A stretch of DNA of 64,000 bases from positions 1,364,001 to 1,428,000 of the forward strand of contig JAMWBK010000003.1 of assembly GCA_029953675.1 (NCBI GenBank). The letters run 5' to 3'. The translations under genes were made by a program, and so were the position numbers. Shown here one piece after another: positions 34,804 through 48,343 of the stretch. The notes under the pieces are model-generated. The model had not been told where the DNA came from. It worked only from the letters and a program-made list of their open reading frames with translations, and searched no databases. Position 1 is the first letter of the stretch. The number at the start of each line of letters is the position of its first letter. This stretch comes from Rhodosorus marinus CCMP1338. Lineage: Eukaryota > Plantae > Rhodophyta.

Positions 34804-37800
34804 GGCAACGTATTTATTCCACCTATTCACAATAACCTATCTTGCTATTCGCTGCTCGGTAGCCGCAAAAAAAAGGTTCTCAGCCGAAATCCTCTATCCA
34901 CGAGACGTTCCAGCTCCTTCTGCAGTTCTGGGAATAGTTTCCGAAGGCGACCAATCTTGAGGCGGTGTTAGTCACCAATTCTCGTAGCTTTTCCCAGCTG
35001 GCTTGCCTCCCGTCACACTCCTTGAACCGGCGGAAATTCCCGGCAAGGCCCGAATCAAGAAATCTCCCCTCAGTCCCACCCCTCCAAATGCCACAATCCT
35101 CAGCGAGCCGCAGCACCTTATCGACTACCAACCAACCCCCAACCCACATACGCAGACCCCCTTCGCCTGAGACATAATGTAATCCGTAGCTCTCATATAG
35201 AAAAGTCCTTTATTCCTGAACACCAACCCATCCACGCCTACGAACGCACATGGAAACTCGCCAATACACATAAGCACAAGCGCAGATGCACATTCCCCCC
35301 CCTGAAACGGACAAGGTAGCCCGGCAACAAGAAAAATAGTTGATATACCCATACCCCCCGTAGGATTTCTTTGCAATATAGAGCATCGTGTAGAACCTTT
35401 GATTTACGACGAAATTCAATATTGATGCAATCGAAAAGGTTTCCATCGACCCTAGGTAAATCAGCCCATAGATTTTCGCCCACAGTTCCATACGGAATCA
35501 ATTGAAAAAAATCTTAGGGGTCATTTCAAATGAGGATAGAATCTTTTCAAGCTTTTCTTCCCTCCTAAGAAGCAAAAACTGCCGTGAACCGAAATTGATT
35601 CTGCCATTTTCCTGATTGAAATTACAAAAAAATGAAATCATGATATCTGACTATTTGTTTTAAACCTACTCAACCCCCCGCCCTCCCCTTCCCCCCCGTA
35701 AACCCACCAAAAAAAAGCAATCGTGCTTGGGATAACCCCTCCTAATCGGATCTAAATATTGTTGGGCCTGGCAGAGGAAAGCCACTTCTCCATAGCTGAA
35801 ACTTTCCCCCCCCCCCCCATAATTACATAAAGAGAGTACTGGATACAAGAATCGAAGCAAAGAGAATAACTCTTCCTACATCGGATAACGTTGGAGGGGG
35901 GGGTAGGGGCCCGACCAAGTGAGCCCTGGGGGTTTAGAGTACGAAATTTCGGCAACGACTGAGTTTTTTCGTAGTCATACTAGGATGAAGGAATAGTCGA
36001 CACGTGTTAGGTGTTTTTTTCCTATTTCAATGAACGCGGGTTACATGATCCTAAAGCTTAGTAATATTTGTTTTCTGAATTTCAAAAACTAGTTCTCGCC
36101 AAGGCATGTTTGGGAACGCGCCATAGGGAGCTGTTGCCGGGGCGCTCTATTCGAATCTGGTCCGAGGGTTCCACAAAAACAAAATCTGTATCTAAATTTT
36201 GCTATGGATGTGGAAACCGCTTTAGTCAAAGCATACTAATGGTCATGTTCGGCACTCCGGTTTCCCAGTAAGTTCTTCAAAGTATTGACTATTGTGTTGA
36301 ATGACACAAGCATGCCCTTATGGCAACCCACCTTGGGTACCATGTTCAAACAAGAAAAATGTCTACTGAATCATAGCACTGAGACCATACTCTGTGAACG
36401 CCTACCAGAAAATCTCAGGTGGAAGTGCTTGACATCTCGCAGACGTTCCCCATACTCAGGAGGTATAGAAGACTGGGTCAGAATGGGGGTTAAGGCGAGC
36501 TGTTGAGCTCTTCTGCTGCGCGGCCAAGAGCGTTGATTGACTCTCTCTATTACCAAGCCTTTTACAGTTTATCACTGCTTATAGACGATTTATGCAAGCG
36601 AGGATGACAAATCGACAAATCTGTGTTGCACATATCTAGGCCCGAAAAAGGAGTCGGACAGTGTTTTTCAGTATCTTTCAAAGGGTGCGCTTGTGGTACA
36701 GTAGGAGACCCTTCTAAAGGACTGTACTCGAGTATACTTTCAAGCACTACTCCTAACTGAATATGGTGTGGTTTGAAGCCAAATCAAGGTGCAAGGACAG
36801 CTTGGGTTTGTACAATTCGATCGGGCCAGGGCTTGCGACCAACAGCTCAAAGCGGATCACTTTAAAAACATTATTAGTTAAATATTAATAAATACATAAT
36901 ATTAGTTGGCGCATCGGTTGGTAACAAACATAATTGAACCCCATAAACCAGTGCGAATAGAAACTGATGCATTTGTACAACCCCAATTTCGAGGATTTAT
37001 TGGTAATTATCTGCATTTTTTTCAAAATCGATGCTAACGATGCCAAATACAACTAAAATTGAACACCAATAGACTAGCCGAAAGGTACAGGAAAAATCCA
37101 CTGGTTGGAGGGGTGGACGCCGGTCATGTGACGAAGTAAATCTACTTTGAGACCCAATTCCTCGAGGCTAGGCGGACTGGTACGTTTCCTAAAGCGCCCT
37201 GGAGAGATGCTAAGGACACGAGGGGCGTGCTGAGACCTTTTGTCTGGGAACCCCCGTTGAGGAGTAGCGTTTCCGGGTTTCCTCGACAGCAACGGGCTTG
37301 TTCCAAAGAGTGTTCTTGGGGTTGCTGCTACTCAAGCACATAGAAGGAGTCCGAAAATAATGACTATTCAAGGTTGTTCTGGTACGTTCACCACGTATTC
37401 TGACAAATTATGGACAAATGTGGCTATCTGACAACAAGAAGAGGGTCAAGTAGAACCTGGGCTTAGGGTGTGAACGGGCTGGCCGTTTTGATTTACCAGA
37501 CACGGTTCTTGGATTTAACCGTTAAAAACCCGCGTTTCCGAACCGCATTTCGAGTATTGGGTTTTACGGCGAAACTAAGGACAACCCTCACTTAAAAAAT
37601 TAGCCGATTATTTCCTTACTTTTGAATGTACTTGTCCTAGAATATTTAGGAAATAGTTAAACCCCCCTTTTTTCAGAGAAAGCAGACGAGAACACAAAAA
37701 TCTTCCGCTGTAGATAGAACCGACGATGGCTTCATAAAGAGGAGGATGTGATTCTGCAAGTGGATGAGCTCGCGGATGGGAGTAGTAGAGGAAATCATGA

Positions 37801-38664
37801 ATCAGTTATTGATGCTCAATTGAGGGATAGACCGGAGTCCTGCGCTTTAACCCTAACTATCGTGTCCGATAGTGCTCCACAGCAAAAAGACTGCTCTTCT
37901 GATCGTCACGACACCCGAAAGATTGAGAATCCAATGCTGGCGCAGCGTTCGCGCTGATGCTCCCGACGTAACAAGTCCTGCACGAAGTCTTTCCTTCGCT
38001 GAAAGCGTCGAGAGTGCAGTCGAACGAACGCGATGTTCGGAGTAACTCCGTCGTTGGGATTTCTACTGCTCGTTGAAACTAACGCACGAAGTTCAGCGAG
38101 CTTTGCGCCCAGCCCTTCACTTCATTGCTAAATACGGAAACACGCGATTCTTAGAAGCCTGGCGTAACAAGACTCGCGTTTTTGGGTAAGCCCAGAAAAA
38201 AAATCCTAAATATGGGTTTTAGGTTACTATGGGTGTTAACCCATGAAAAACTCTTAGCGAACCCCGGTAATCGATAGCGTTATGCAACCACCTGGAGGAG
38301 AGTTCGCAAGGATTTGAGCGTGTGAGACAGCCGCAGTAATGGCGCTTAGCTTCGTTTGGAGTTCTCAATAGTAGAATGCTGGGTCTTCAAGCAGCAGGCT
38401 AAAAGAGATGCGTCCATCCCTGCACATAAATAATGGATAAGAAGCGGGTTATATTATGAGCACGGCCGAGACATATCAAAATATCCACAAAATGAAAAAC
38501 TGCGCAGAACAGTTGGCTTTTTTTTTTTGAGAGATTGTCGGTTGTTTTTTTCTACAGTTCTTCTCTTCCGGGGTTGGTTGTGGAAGGCGTCATCTAACAA
38601 TCGCGTCGATCGTGTCTTGACAGACCTGCGGACGGAGACGCGGGTATTCTAGGAGTGAAATTCG

Positions 38665-39589
38665 ATGGCGTTTGTTCACGGCCCCGGCTTATGGAAAGCA
38701 CGCGGCGTTTCGCTTGCTTCGCGACCAAGGTACTCAGTCGCCGGCAGGTGTGTTGGTAAGTCGCAAGAGTACTATCGACTCATCTACGTGTGGCGCGTTG
38801 GGTTTAGCAGATCGCAGCATTGGATTAGATATCTGAACGCAGAGTTGCTCGGTTGTATCGTATTGTGCTCTCAGATAGTTTTAAGCCTGGAATCCTGAAC
38901 GAAGTTACCTCCGTGGAGGATTTCGACTTCCTCGTAGAATCTGGAGGTGAGTCGTGCTGAATTACCAAGGTTCCCGACAGGCACATATGAATCTTACTTC
39001 GCGTGGTATCGCGCTGGCAATACTACCGTACGGAAAACAGCAACTACAGAATCGCTTGTGGTGATCGAATTCTACGCCAAGTGGTGCAAAAAATGTATAA
39101 AGATGATGCCAAGGTACGTCCCAAGGTCTTTGCAGTACATGTATTATCGATCGCAAATTGATATTCAGTGGAGATAACTCAGCTTCAAAACCACTGTACC
39201 GTGATCAAGCGTGGGCAGCTCCTGACAGTGTGCCTAAGTGAGTTCTGACCACTGAGCTGTGGCCGTGAACTGAACTCGTTCCTCTCAGATTTCGAAAGAT
39301 TGCGTTGGATAATCGCGATTGCTGGTTCGGCAAGGTGGACATCAATGCTGTTGGAAAGTTGCCCCGTAGACAAAAAATTAAGGAAATGCCAACTTTCCAG
39401 ATCTTCTCAGGCACGGAAAAGCTCGGCGAGGTGATCGGCAGCTTGGACGCTGTAAGCAAAGCCAACTTGTTGCCGCTGTTTTTAGGTGTCCACGTCTCAC
39501 AGATCGCGTGCTTTCCCTTAAATGCTGCGTAGGACACGGTAGATGAGGAAATTCGGAACTACTTCCCGTCGGACAAGGATCCAGGCTAA
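38665..39589 (+). CDS. Plastid atypical thioredoxin (TrxL2-like, WCKKC), multi-exon
   Basis: MAFV transit-like start; VVIEFYAKWCKKC; GKVDINAV...IKEMPTFQIF. Confidence 0.85.
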
Positions 39590-39866
39590 GCTCCTCTTGA
39601 GCCCCACTCAGTTCCGACAGGAAAGAGATCGTTGATCCTAGTGTACGGCAGGTGGCTTGGTTATTTCTTATTAAAAGTACAAACTGCTTTAGTCTTGATT
39701 CCTCTTGCTGATCCACAGAAGCAATTATATCTATAGCAGACTACCAAGCAGCGGGCGCCTGAGTCCTCTGTTCATTGAAACACAATACAACGCTTAACGC
39801 AAGCAATCAACCACGGCAGACCTGAAGCAATGCCCACTGAAGAAAACACCGAGTCACCTAGTACTC

Positions 39867-41460
39867 TTAAAACCTATTATTTAGTCGACGGTCACCCGGC
39901 TTCAAAATCTGAAAACCTGTCAACATGTGCAATAAGAACTATCCCGTTAACTGTCTTGTGGGAGCAACTCTGCAAAGCGCTCTCGGCGTTGAACAAAAGA
40001 CATCCGAGATGAATTGTTTCGTAGAGTACGCTAGTGCATTGCTTACTGCACATGAGCGTGTCATCTACACTCATCATCGCACCAGCATTATCAAACTCTC
40101 CGCAATAGTTCGGCGCAGAAAATATTGTCACCAGCTTTCTATCAGCAAAGAACTCGTAGCCATCCTCCACAACCTGGTTTATCGGCGGGGTGAAGGCGAA
40201 ATTCAGTTTCTTCGCAACTAAAGCGAGCAGTTTTCGCGATCACTCTGACCCGCAACTCGGTAAGTCGAGAGTTGGGAAGCCCGAAAAATACCTGATGTGC
40301 GCGACAAACTAGATCCAAACCGAACTTTTCCAGAAATCGGTCCACCGTGTCGGCGCCGAATGTGAAAGAGACTCCTCGATCATTTTCACCCCAACCAGTT
40401 ATTTCCTTGTCGGGGTCGCTCCAAAGAAGGTCACACAGTAACCCTGCAATTTCATTTGAGAACATTAGCCAACAACTAAATTAATCTGCCTCATACTTTG
40501 AAGCGCAGAATCAGGCGACAGCAAACAAGTTCTCACCTAGTTCTGGCACATCGCAGGGTCTCTTTATTCTCTTGATTTGATCCATAGAGGTATGCTCCGG
40601 CGAAAGTCCACCATGGGTGCAAAATATTTTCTCATCGATAATTGCGGCAATAGGTAAGCAGTTGAAAACGTCGCAGAACGTTTTCCATAGTTTCACGTTG
40701 TACCTGGGTCCGGCGGTGCGCGGGAGGTGAAAGGCAAGACCGCGATCGGTTAGTACTGGTGTAACCCTCGCTGAAGCAACAGCTTAGCGAAGTAAAGCGG
40801 TCTCGAGAATCCGTAGCTGATTCGCAACCGAAAAGTTCTAATGTTGCTCACCTTCTCCTGCATTCGTCGTAGAATCCATATATACGGTTGATTGACGCGC
40901 ATTCGTGATTGCCTCGGAGGATGAAAAAATTCTCTGGGTATCGAACCTTGAACGCCAGTAGCAGACAGATCGTCTCTATGCTCTGCTTGCCCCGGTCCAC
41001 ATAATCCCCCATGAACAAATAGTTTGCTTGGGGAGGAAATCCTCTGATGAGAGACGAAGCGCAGAATGACGTACATAAGACATCACACATACCGCGTCAC
41101 CACAAGATCTAGCACTGTAGTTTCCCTGTGTCCTTACCCGGACTCGAAAAGCCGAAGTAGGTCATGGTATTGCCCATGAATATCGCCACAAATCTTGATG
41201 GGAGCTTCGAGTTCAAGCTTGAGCGCATACAGTATTTAGCACGACTGCTGTCAGCACTTAGACCAAGGCCACCATAATCGACGAATCCTGCTGCTTTTCT
41301 TGACACTCACCAAAGTATTCTGCTTCATAAATACCTGTCTCGCCTCTACGCACAACTGTTTTACGTCAGATTCCCGAAGCTGGACGTGTCTCCCAGGCCT
41401 CTGCCCACGTAAAGCAAGCAACTGCTTGATAACTTCGTCCACATCCAAAGAGTCTGCCAT
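39867..41460 (-). CDS. PP1: Serine/threonine protein phosphatase PP1 catalytic subunit, multi-exon
   Basis: [77 protein letters not shown]. Confidence 0.97.
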
Positions 41461-43857
41461 TTCAAGATCCCTTGAACCGCCTTCCCTGCTGCCAAGAAAG
41501 CCAAACAGTACACAATTAGGGACCGCGGATGGCGTTTGCTGCAAGAAGTGAACCAGTGCCTTGCCAGCACTTGAGCTCAAGTCGCCAATCGTAACTATGC
41601 GGTTTCGGGGAATGAAACGTACCCCGCCATTGCAACTGCAGGACCCTTACTTCTTAATCTAAAAAATAACAGCGTCTAAAACGACGAAAGTCAACGAAAT
41701 TTTCGCCAATCGAAATTAGGATATATATCCTCCTTCGCTATTCATACGCGAACTGGACAAAAGCAATGAGAACAAGCCGCTACCTTTTGTCGAGTCAAGA
41801 AGTTGCGCTTGAGTCCGTCTCTCACAGCCCAACCTCTCCTCTCCCAAGAGTAGTCCTACTCTCGGGTTTCCCCAAACATATGCTCCCCGCTCCTACTACA
41901 CAACATACGGAAAATCGTCCTCTAACTCAAGGGGCCATTCAAAAACAGAAAGGACCTCACCACCTCCCGAGCCTCAAAACAACTCCGCTCGCCAACTTGC
42001 AAACCCTAAAACCATCCCAATCCCGGCTTAATGAAATCTCCTTGTCTCATATCCCAACTTGGCTTGTGCCCATACATCCCAATCCAGCGAGATCCATTTC
42101 TGTAAAACGCTACCTCAGGTCTAGCACACGACTCCCCCCCTCAAATCCACTCCAAATATGCCCTACGGAACGCAGACGGAGCAACTCTCTGATCCGACCT
42201 TTTTCGCGTACCACAAAGCGCCTTCCGCTCTTCACAATTGTTTTTTTGGGCATCGGCTGCAAGCAATAATTATTTTCAGAAATAATCATTTCCGTAATCA
42301 GAATGTCCCATATTCCCTTGTCTGCTCCCGACGCGCGGTCGGTCTAGAATATTTTAAAGAAAAATTACTTTCTTCACTGAAACGTCTGTCTGAAAAGGAC
42401 AGAATGCCATGAGTCGCTACTTTCGCAGTCATTCCCAAGTGTGTGAGCACTGAGAAAGAGATCTTCTTTCCTGATCCACCAAGGTGGGTTAGTAAGTAGT
42501 CACGCATTTGTGACTCTCTTTCCCTGTTCGAGGACACCCACCCCAGGGTTATTAGTCATCCAGTACACCAAAAGCAGGGAAGACCGGCTTCGGTCTAAGG
42601 AGGACTCAAAAGAGTTCGGCTCGGCGCTTTTATGGTTCCGGGAACATTTGTATTAGCTCGCTCTTGTTTAGACGACGGGGCTCGTCCCACTCTCCCCATG
42701 CCATAACGGATCAGGGAGTACAGCCTGTAGAGAAACAGTGTTGTTAACTGCTCACCACGCGGGGTACTGACGTACTCGACCGGATAAGCAGAGATTTCCT
42801 CGATAATCCAGAGCGTATTGCAAAGGGGGTCTCCAAATACTCCTCAAAAATTGAAGTTGCTCTGCAAGTAAATCCGCAGATGACAAGATTTCTATTTCTT
42901 CGGAAGCCCGAGTTGGCGTTAAGATAGGAGAGGGGCTTCTATCGTCCCAGGGGAATTATCAAGGACAGTAACGCTCAAACTTTGTTTGACTCTTAACCCT
43001 AGCAGTTCTTTCCTCCAAATGACAGCTTGCAGTTGACCCTAGAGCCAAACCCCTAATTCCCCCTTGCAACAACGGCGGTGGCAAACACCCAACACATCAA
43101 AGACGTGAGGGAGCGACCAACCTGTTCCTCACACGTGCTTATACATGGACCTGTTAGATGATCTTACCCTAAACGATTCTAATTGTACACCCGATTCGAT
43201 GTTTTAGGGTTGAAAATGGCGCCAAAACCAGCCTAATTACAAAACCGGGTCAACTTGAGCACCAAAAAAAGGAGTATTTATGGCCAATAGATATCCCAAG
43301 TTCACTACGTGAACACGGACGGAGGCGTTGATTGGCCACATCGTGCTTTCCGATGCATACGCAGAGCATAATTTTGGAAGGGAAGTCTGTGTTTTTACTG
43401 TTCGCAGTTTTGGAGGGCCCCATGGGCTACCGATAGGGACTAACACTCCAATACGCCCATACCACCTTTAAAACGTTCACAATCAAAATATATTGGAAAA
43501 CTCTTTTGTAACGAAAAGGGGGGGTAAACGGCTACAACTAAAGGCTGGCTAGCCACAGATGGAAGCATCTAGTAAAGGTTTTGATCAATTTTCATAGGGT
43601 AGCTTGGATTAGCGCCGCGAATTCCAGGACAGGACTTTCCAGGGGTGAAGGGGTCATATCCATCATGGGTGGAGGGGTGAGTGCTGGGTTGTGGGCTGGG
43701 ACGTTTGAAGTTAGCGGTTCAGGAATTGCTCAAGTTCCGTCGCAGTCTAGGTAGGAGGGGATAAGTTGACGTGATGCTTGTCGACTGCTGAGGTTGTTTC
43801 AAGGATAGCTTTCGGACAAGGTGTTTACAGCCTTTCCCTGCCGGGCGTTTGTGTGAG

Positions 43858-44563
43858 ATGGCTGGAGGACGAGGTAGGAAGGATGGAATGAAGAGGAAGT
43901 TCGAAGCGCTAGTAGTGGAAGAGGACAATACTGACGGCCCATCTTTCACTGCACTGGTGAGGAAGAGGAGGCATCTTGGAAAGAGACCACGTCAGACCAC
44001 TGGTGGGGTTGCTGCAGGCGACTCCGAGTCTTCCGAGGAAGGAATGTCGTCGCGCTCGGTTGGGTCATCAGATTCATCTCCCAGTTCTGGAGGAGAGGCC
44101 CAAGCTTCTCATCCTCAAACAGGTGCGTTTCGCTTAATTTCAGGTTTGGCCTTTGCTTATCTTTTGGAGCCTGGGCTGACGGCCAGTCTGCAAACTAAGC
44201 GAATATCCATTGGATGTGAATGAAGCACCTGCTAGCGAGGACCCTCTACCGATTCTCAAAGCTTTGTTTGGGTCTGAGTGATTTTTGCTGATGAGGAAGG
44301 TTTCCGTTTTTGCAGGGCTATCGCTTGCAGTGCGACAAAAGTTGGTGAGAGCAAGTACAAACACAACGCAGCCTATTTTTACGCCCGATGAGGTGCATGA
44401 AATTTGTCTTCATTCAATGTCTGAAAGGGAAGCAAGACTGCAAGAAGAATATGCGAACATATTGAACGATCGATTGGCCGAACAATTCCAAACATTTACG
44501 CAGGTGAACAGGGATTTCCTGTTTCGGGCATATCGAGAACCACAAAACACATATGTATCTTAG
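43858..44563 (+). CDS. AKIRIN: Akirin-like nuclear protein, spliced
   Basis: Basic N-terminus (KRKFE, RKRRH). C-terminal block PIFTPDEVHEICLHSMSEREARLQEEYANILNDRLAEQFQTFTQVNRDFLFRAYREPQNTYVS* matches the akirin pattern FT..QV..IC...L.ERE..IREEY..L..KLAEQ...F...SYVS. Confidence 0.85.
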
Positions 44564-44849
44564 GCATTTACCATAGTTGCGGGTGGGTACGGCAATTGCG
44601 CCCCATTGAACAGAAGAAGTTGATTGTTAAGGAGGAAACTCCGGATTAAAGTGGCAAGTTTTCGAGTGGCTAGTATTTTTTGGCTCGCAGATCTTTAGGG
44701 TGAAACTCGCATGGAACCCCTGCTACAGGCAGATTGACAGCTTGCCGTCGTGAAGATCGCGTGTTGTTTTTTTTTCACGAAGGTGAACTTTTTTATTATC
44801 ATATTTGAGTTAGATGTTGAATACTGGAACTGGCCTCTTATACTTAAGT

Positions 44850-47800
44850 GGGGATTTGAGAAGCCTGCAACTGCTTTTTGGCTTTACGGGTGTTCACGCT
44901 GATATTGTCAAAAGGGAAGCACATAAAGGCCGCTGTTCAGATCACCGGCCAATGAATTGGTTCTCACGAAGTAAGCTTGGGACGCCTGGCGCGCCGAGCC
45001 GCGCTCGTTGTGAGAGCATCGCCCTTCATAAAAAGCAGTTGTGAAACGCCACGGTTTCAAATTTCGCCTACCTTAGGTATGTCGGGAAAACGATTCCCGT
45101 AATAAGAAGAACTCCAAAGATACTGCCAACGCCAATGGCTACTGCATATCCCCAACTAAAGTCCTCTAAATCGAGACCTCCCGTTACCGTATCTGTGATA
45201 CCACTTATGTCACCTTCCACCTGGAACAGCCAAGAGACGACTACTCAGCTAGGAAGCGGTGGATCTCACAACATTGTAGTGATCAACGGTCAATCGGGAA
45301 TAGAGGGGTTACGGGCGGTCGGGGTACGTACCCTGGTCCAGTTCGGGACAAAGTTGTTCTCGGCATCATGTACTTCTGGATTTGACACAACATTGACGTT
45401 GCTGTCCGGGGACCCTACAACCAATGCATAGTGTTGCTTCCTACTAAGGTTTACAGCCGTCACTTTGACCTGAGCACCAGCGCAGAGGGGGGAGCCAGAG
45501 TTGGTAAAGGAAAACGGAAATTCCATGTCTCAAACAAAGCTACCCGAGGTCTCCCATTCCAAGAATGCTCACACGAAACTTTGCCCCGGCTTGTACACTA
45601 GTCACAATGTTCTCAACTGGGTCCACTCGACTAGTTGATGCGTTGTCCATGCAGCCACCCGAGACGCACTGAACGCTTAGGTCTAAATCGTTCACCAGGG
45701 ATACAGTTGTCGCGAAACCCCTTCCCTGCACGGATCCCGGGAAGTCCGAGTAGGCGAGAAATATTTTCACTTCGGCATCGCTCCCTGCTTCAAATTCAAA
45801 AACGTCTTCCTCTCCACCAATAAGCTGCACAACCCGACAAAGAATAGAGGAGCGAAACTAAGATGCTCGAACGTGACGGGAACAAAAAAGTGCGAGTTTG
45901 CGGGTGGCCTGCGAGGTCCTCCACCCCCCATATAATGTACTCTAGAGAGCCGTGGTCAGAAAACATACCTCGCGTCTGTCAGAGATGAACAACGATCGAT
46001 CCCCAAAGTTTAACACATCCGTGAGAACTGGCATCCCCCATCCATAGGTTTGACGTCTTTTCTCTGCAGAGGTGTCCTCAAAACTACGAATCTCGGAGCC
46101 GTCGTAGTATTGACCGTTGAGCTCTCCTGATCCTAAAGGACAAGAGGGGGTGACAGAGGGATACATGGGAGCATAGGGCAGCAGTCAGTTTCAGATTTCA
46201 GTGACTTTCTCATTCTTGTGCTTACCGCAGAGAAGAGTTGCTTTCACTAGAGCTGCCGACGGTCCATACAGGTCTCCGAGTGGACCAGCCGTTACGTTTC
46301 TGTATCCAGTCAGAGGGTTGAAATCATTGTAGTATTGCCGAACCAATGATGCGGCTCCCGCTATTACTGGAGCGGACATCGAAGTACCGGATGAACTACC
46401 CACCCCCTTGTTTGATCCTCCGTCAGAGCATTTGCTGGAGAATCGGTTGTCATCTGCATCGCCGGAGGACAATGCAGAAACAACTTCGACCCCTAGACAC
46501 CGATTTCACATTGCACCCGCTCAGACTTGTTAGGGAGTTGGTCCAAATAGTAAGATGTGCAAAACGGAGAACGGATTTTCCCAGGCAAGAGCAAATAAAG
46601 GGCAGCGATTCTAATGGACTACATTCTACTATGCGTACCTGGGGCGACAAGATCGGGCTTTATTCTGCCGTCCATCATGAAGCCTTTAGAAGAGGCTTTG
46701 AACATATCCCCATTAGAGCATGGGCTTATTCTACACCTCCTTCTGGAGTCCGAGGTAGAAACAGCACCGACGGCAATTCCATTCTTGGATGTTGCTGGAG
46801 TTCCTACTGTAAAGTACCCATCCTTGTAGTCGCCGCCGTTGTCAATGGAAATTGATCCCTCATTTCCGGCCGCGAAGATCACCAAAAAATCCTTGTTCTC
46901 CCACCTGTCCGATTGGAAGTATGTATAGCCGTGATTAGTCACGACAGGGCTATACACGATTTCCGAGAGAACGAGTCGCCACCTTCTGCCCCCAGCCAGA
47001 AGAGGGGGGGTCACTGATCTCGAATTTCACTGCATTGCACACTCACATGAAGAGATCCACAGCATATGCGGAGCTGTCGTACCGCACACAAGTAGACCGG
47101 TAAGTAGTAGGATCAAAATCTGAACAACCCCATGAATTTGAATGAACTCGAGCTCGTGCTCTGTAGGCCTGTTTAAAAAGACGACCCAGCTGGCCACTGT
47201 ACAAAACGCCATTGCTGCCCTGGATATCCTGGAAAACGAGCTTCGACCCAGGAGCCACTCCTTTGGAGTCCTTCTCGTCAGCGCTCGAGTAGCAAGATAA
47301 TCGAGATTAGGGTGTTACCAGCGCTGCCTACCATTTCTGTAGCTCCGATCGCGGACTAAATTCTGGTAATTTGGGTTCCCGGAGGATGATGTGTGATAGT
47401 GTAGCCCAAGGGCAGTGCCCGCGACATGTGTACCGTGCCCGTCACCGTCTTCGGCGTCTGCTGTTCGTACCCTATAGTAGCATGCAATTTTGCGATGTTT
47501 GAAATTGCAGGAATCTACCGTGGTATTTCCAACAGTGTCTTGATCCCGGAAGTAGCAGCTGTCGAAGTCAATTCCTGTGTCCGCAATCCCTGTGGTCGGA
47601 ATTATGTACGAAGGAGTCAGTTTGCACAAAAGCCTTCAGCAAAAAAACAACATTCGTAACCGATGACAGTGAACCAATTCGAGGTCGGACAAAACAATTG
47701 AACTTGTCTTACCGATCAGATTGTTTGTTCCGGTTACGTTCTGCTCCCAAATTGGAGTATTGTCCAAGCGCGACGCCCCGCCGCTAGCGCTTTGCATTGA

Positions 47801-48343
47801 AACCGAGGCGAAATTGTTTAGAAGCTTCCTCTTGGGCTCCTTTGTAACCCAGAGGACGTGGTCGTTGCCTTCCAAGGAGGCAACGATGTCACCCACATGC
47901 TCCTTAGAAGCGCGAATGGATAGAATTTTCGAGCTTGACAGATCATCAGATAGAAAGTAGTCCTCTATCCAGGGGCTTACTGACTTCAATACACCTCCCA
48001 TTGTTCCTTCAAAAACGACTACGCCAATGTCGACGAAGAGCTCCTCGTCCAGCCGGGCCACATCCTTCAGCTCCATTGTGACCTTCTCCCGTCTGCTTCT
48101 GCTTTTCTCAAACACGCGAACCCTCTGCCAGTCCAGACGCTCTAAATGATTCTGGATCGACTTCCCATGAGCAACAAACCAACCGCCTCCGATTGCGTGC
48201 AAGTGCGGCCCGAACAGCCTGTGAGCGTCTTCAGCATGCCTGCAAGCACTCAGTCGAACCTCGAACTGGGCAGCATCGCAGGCGGCTAGTAGTGCCAAGA
48301 AGAGCCCAAGGAAACAGCAGCATATGCGGATAAAGTGAAACAT
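44850..48343 (-). CDS. Subtilisin-like S8 protease (KP-43/Tag-like) with signal peptide and C-terminal TM helix; 3' end approximate
   Basis: Catalytic triad GIADTGID, GHGTHVAGT, SGTSMSAP; also HSNSWG, FAAGNEG, KPDLVAPG, PSAALVKA, NDLDLSV. TM segment YAVAIGVGSIFGVLLITGIVF. Confidence 0.92.

Noticed and set aside
22956-34960. Long antisense ORFs (22956-23654, 26345-27073, 29576-30142, 34574-34960)
   Set aside because: Shadow frames overlapping well-supported genes on the opposite strand.
43160-43212. ccctaaa/tttaggg telomere-like heptamers
   Set aside because: Single copies, expected by chance.
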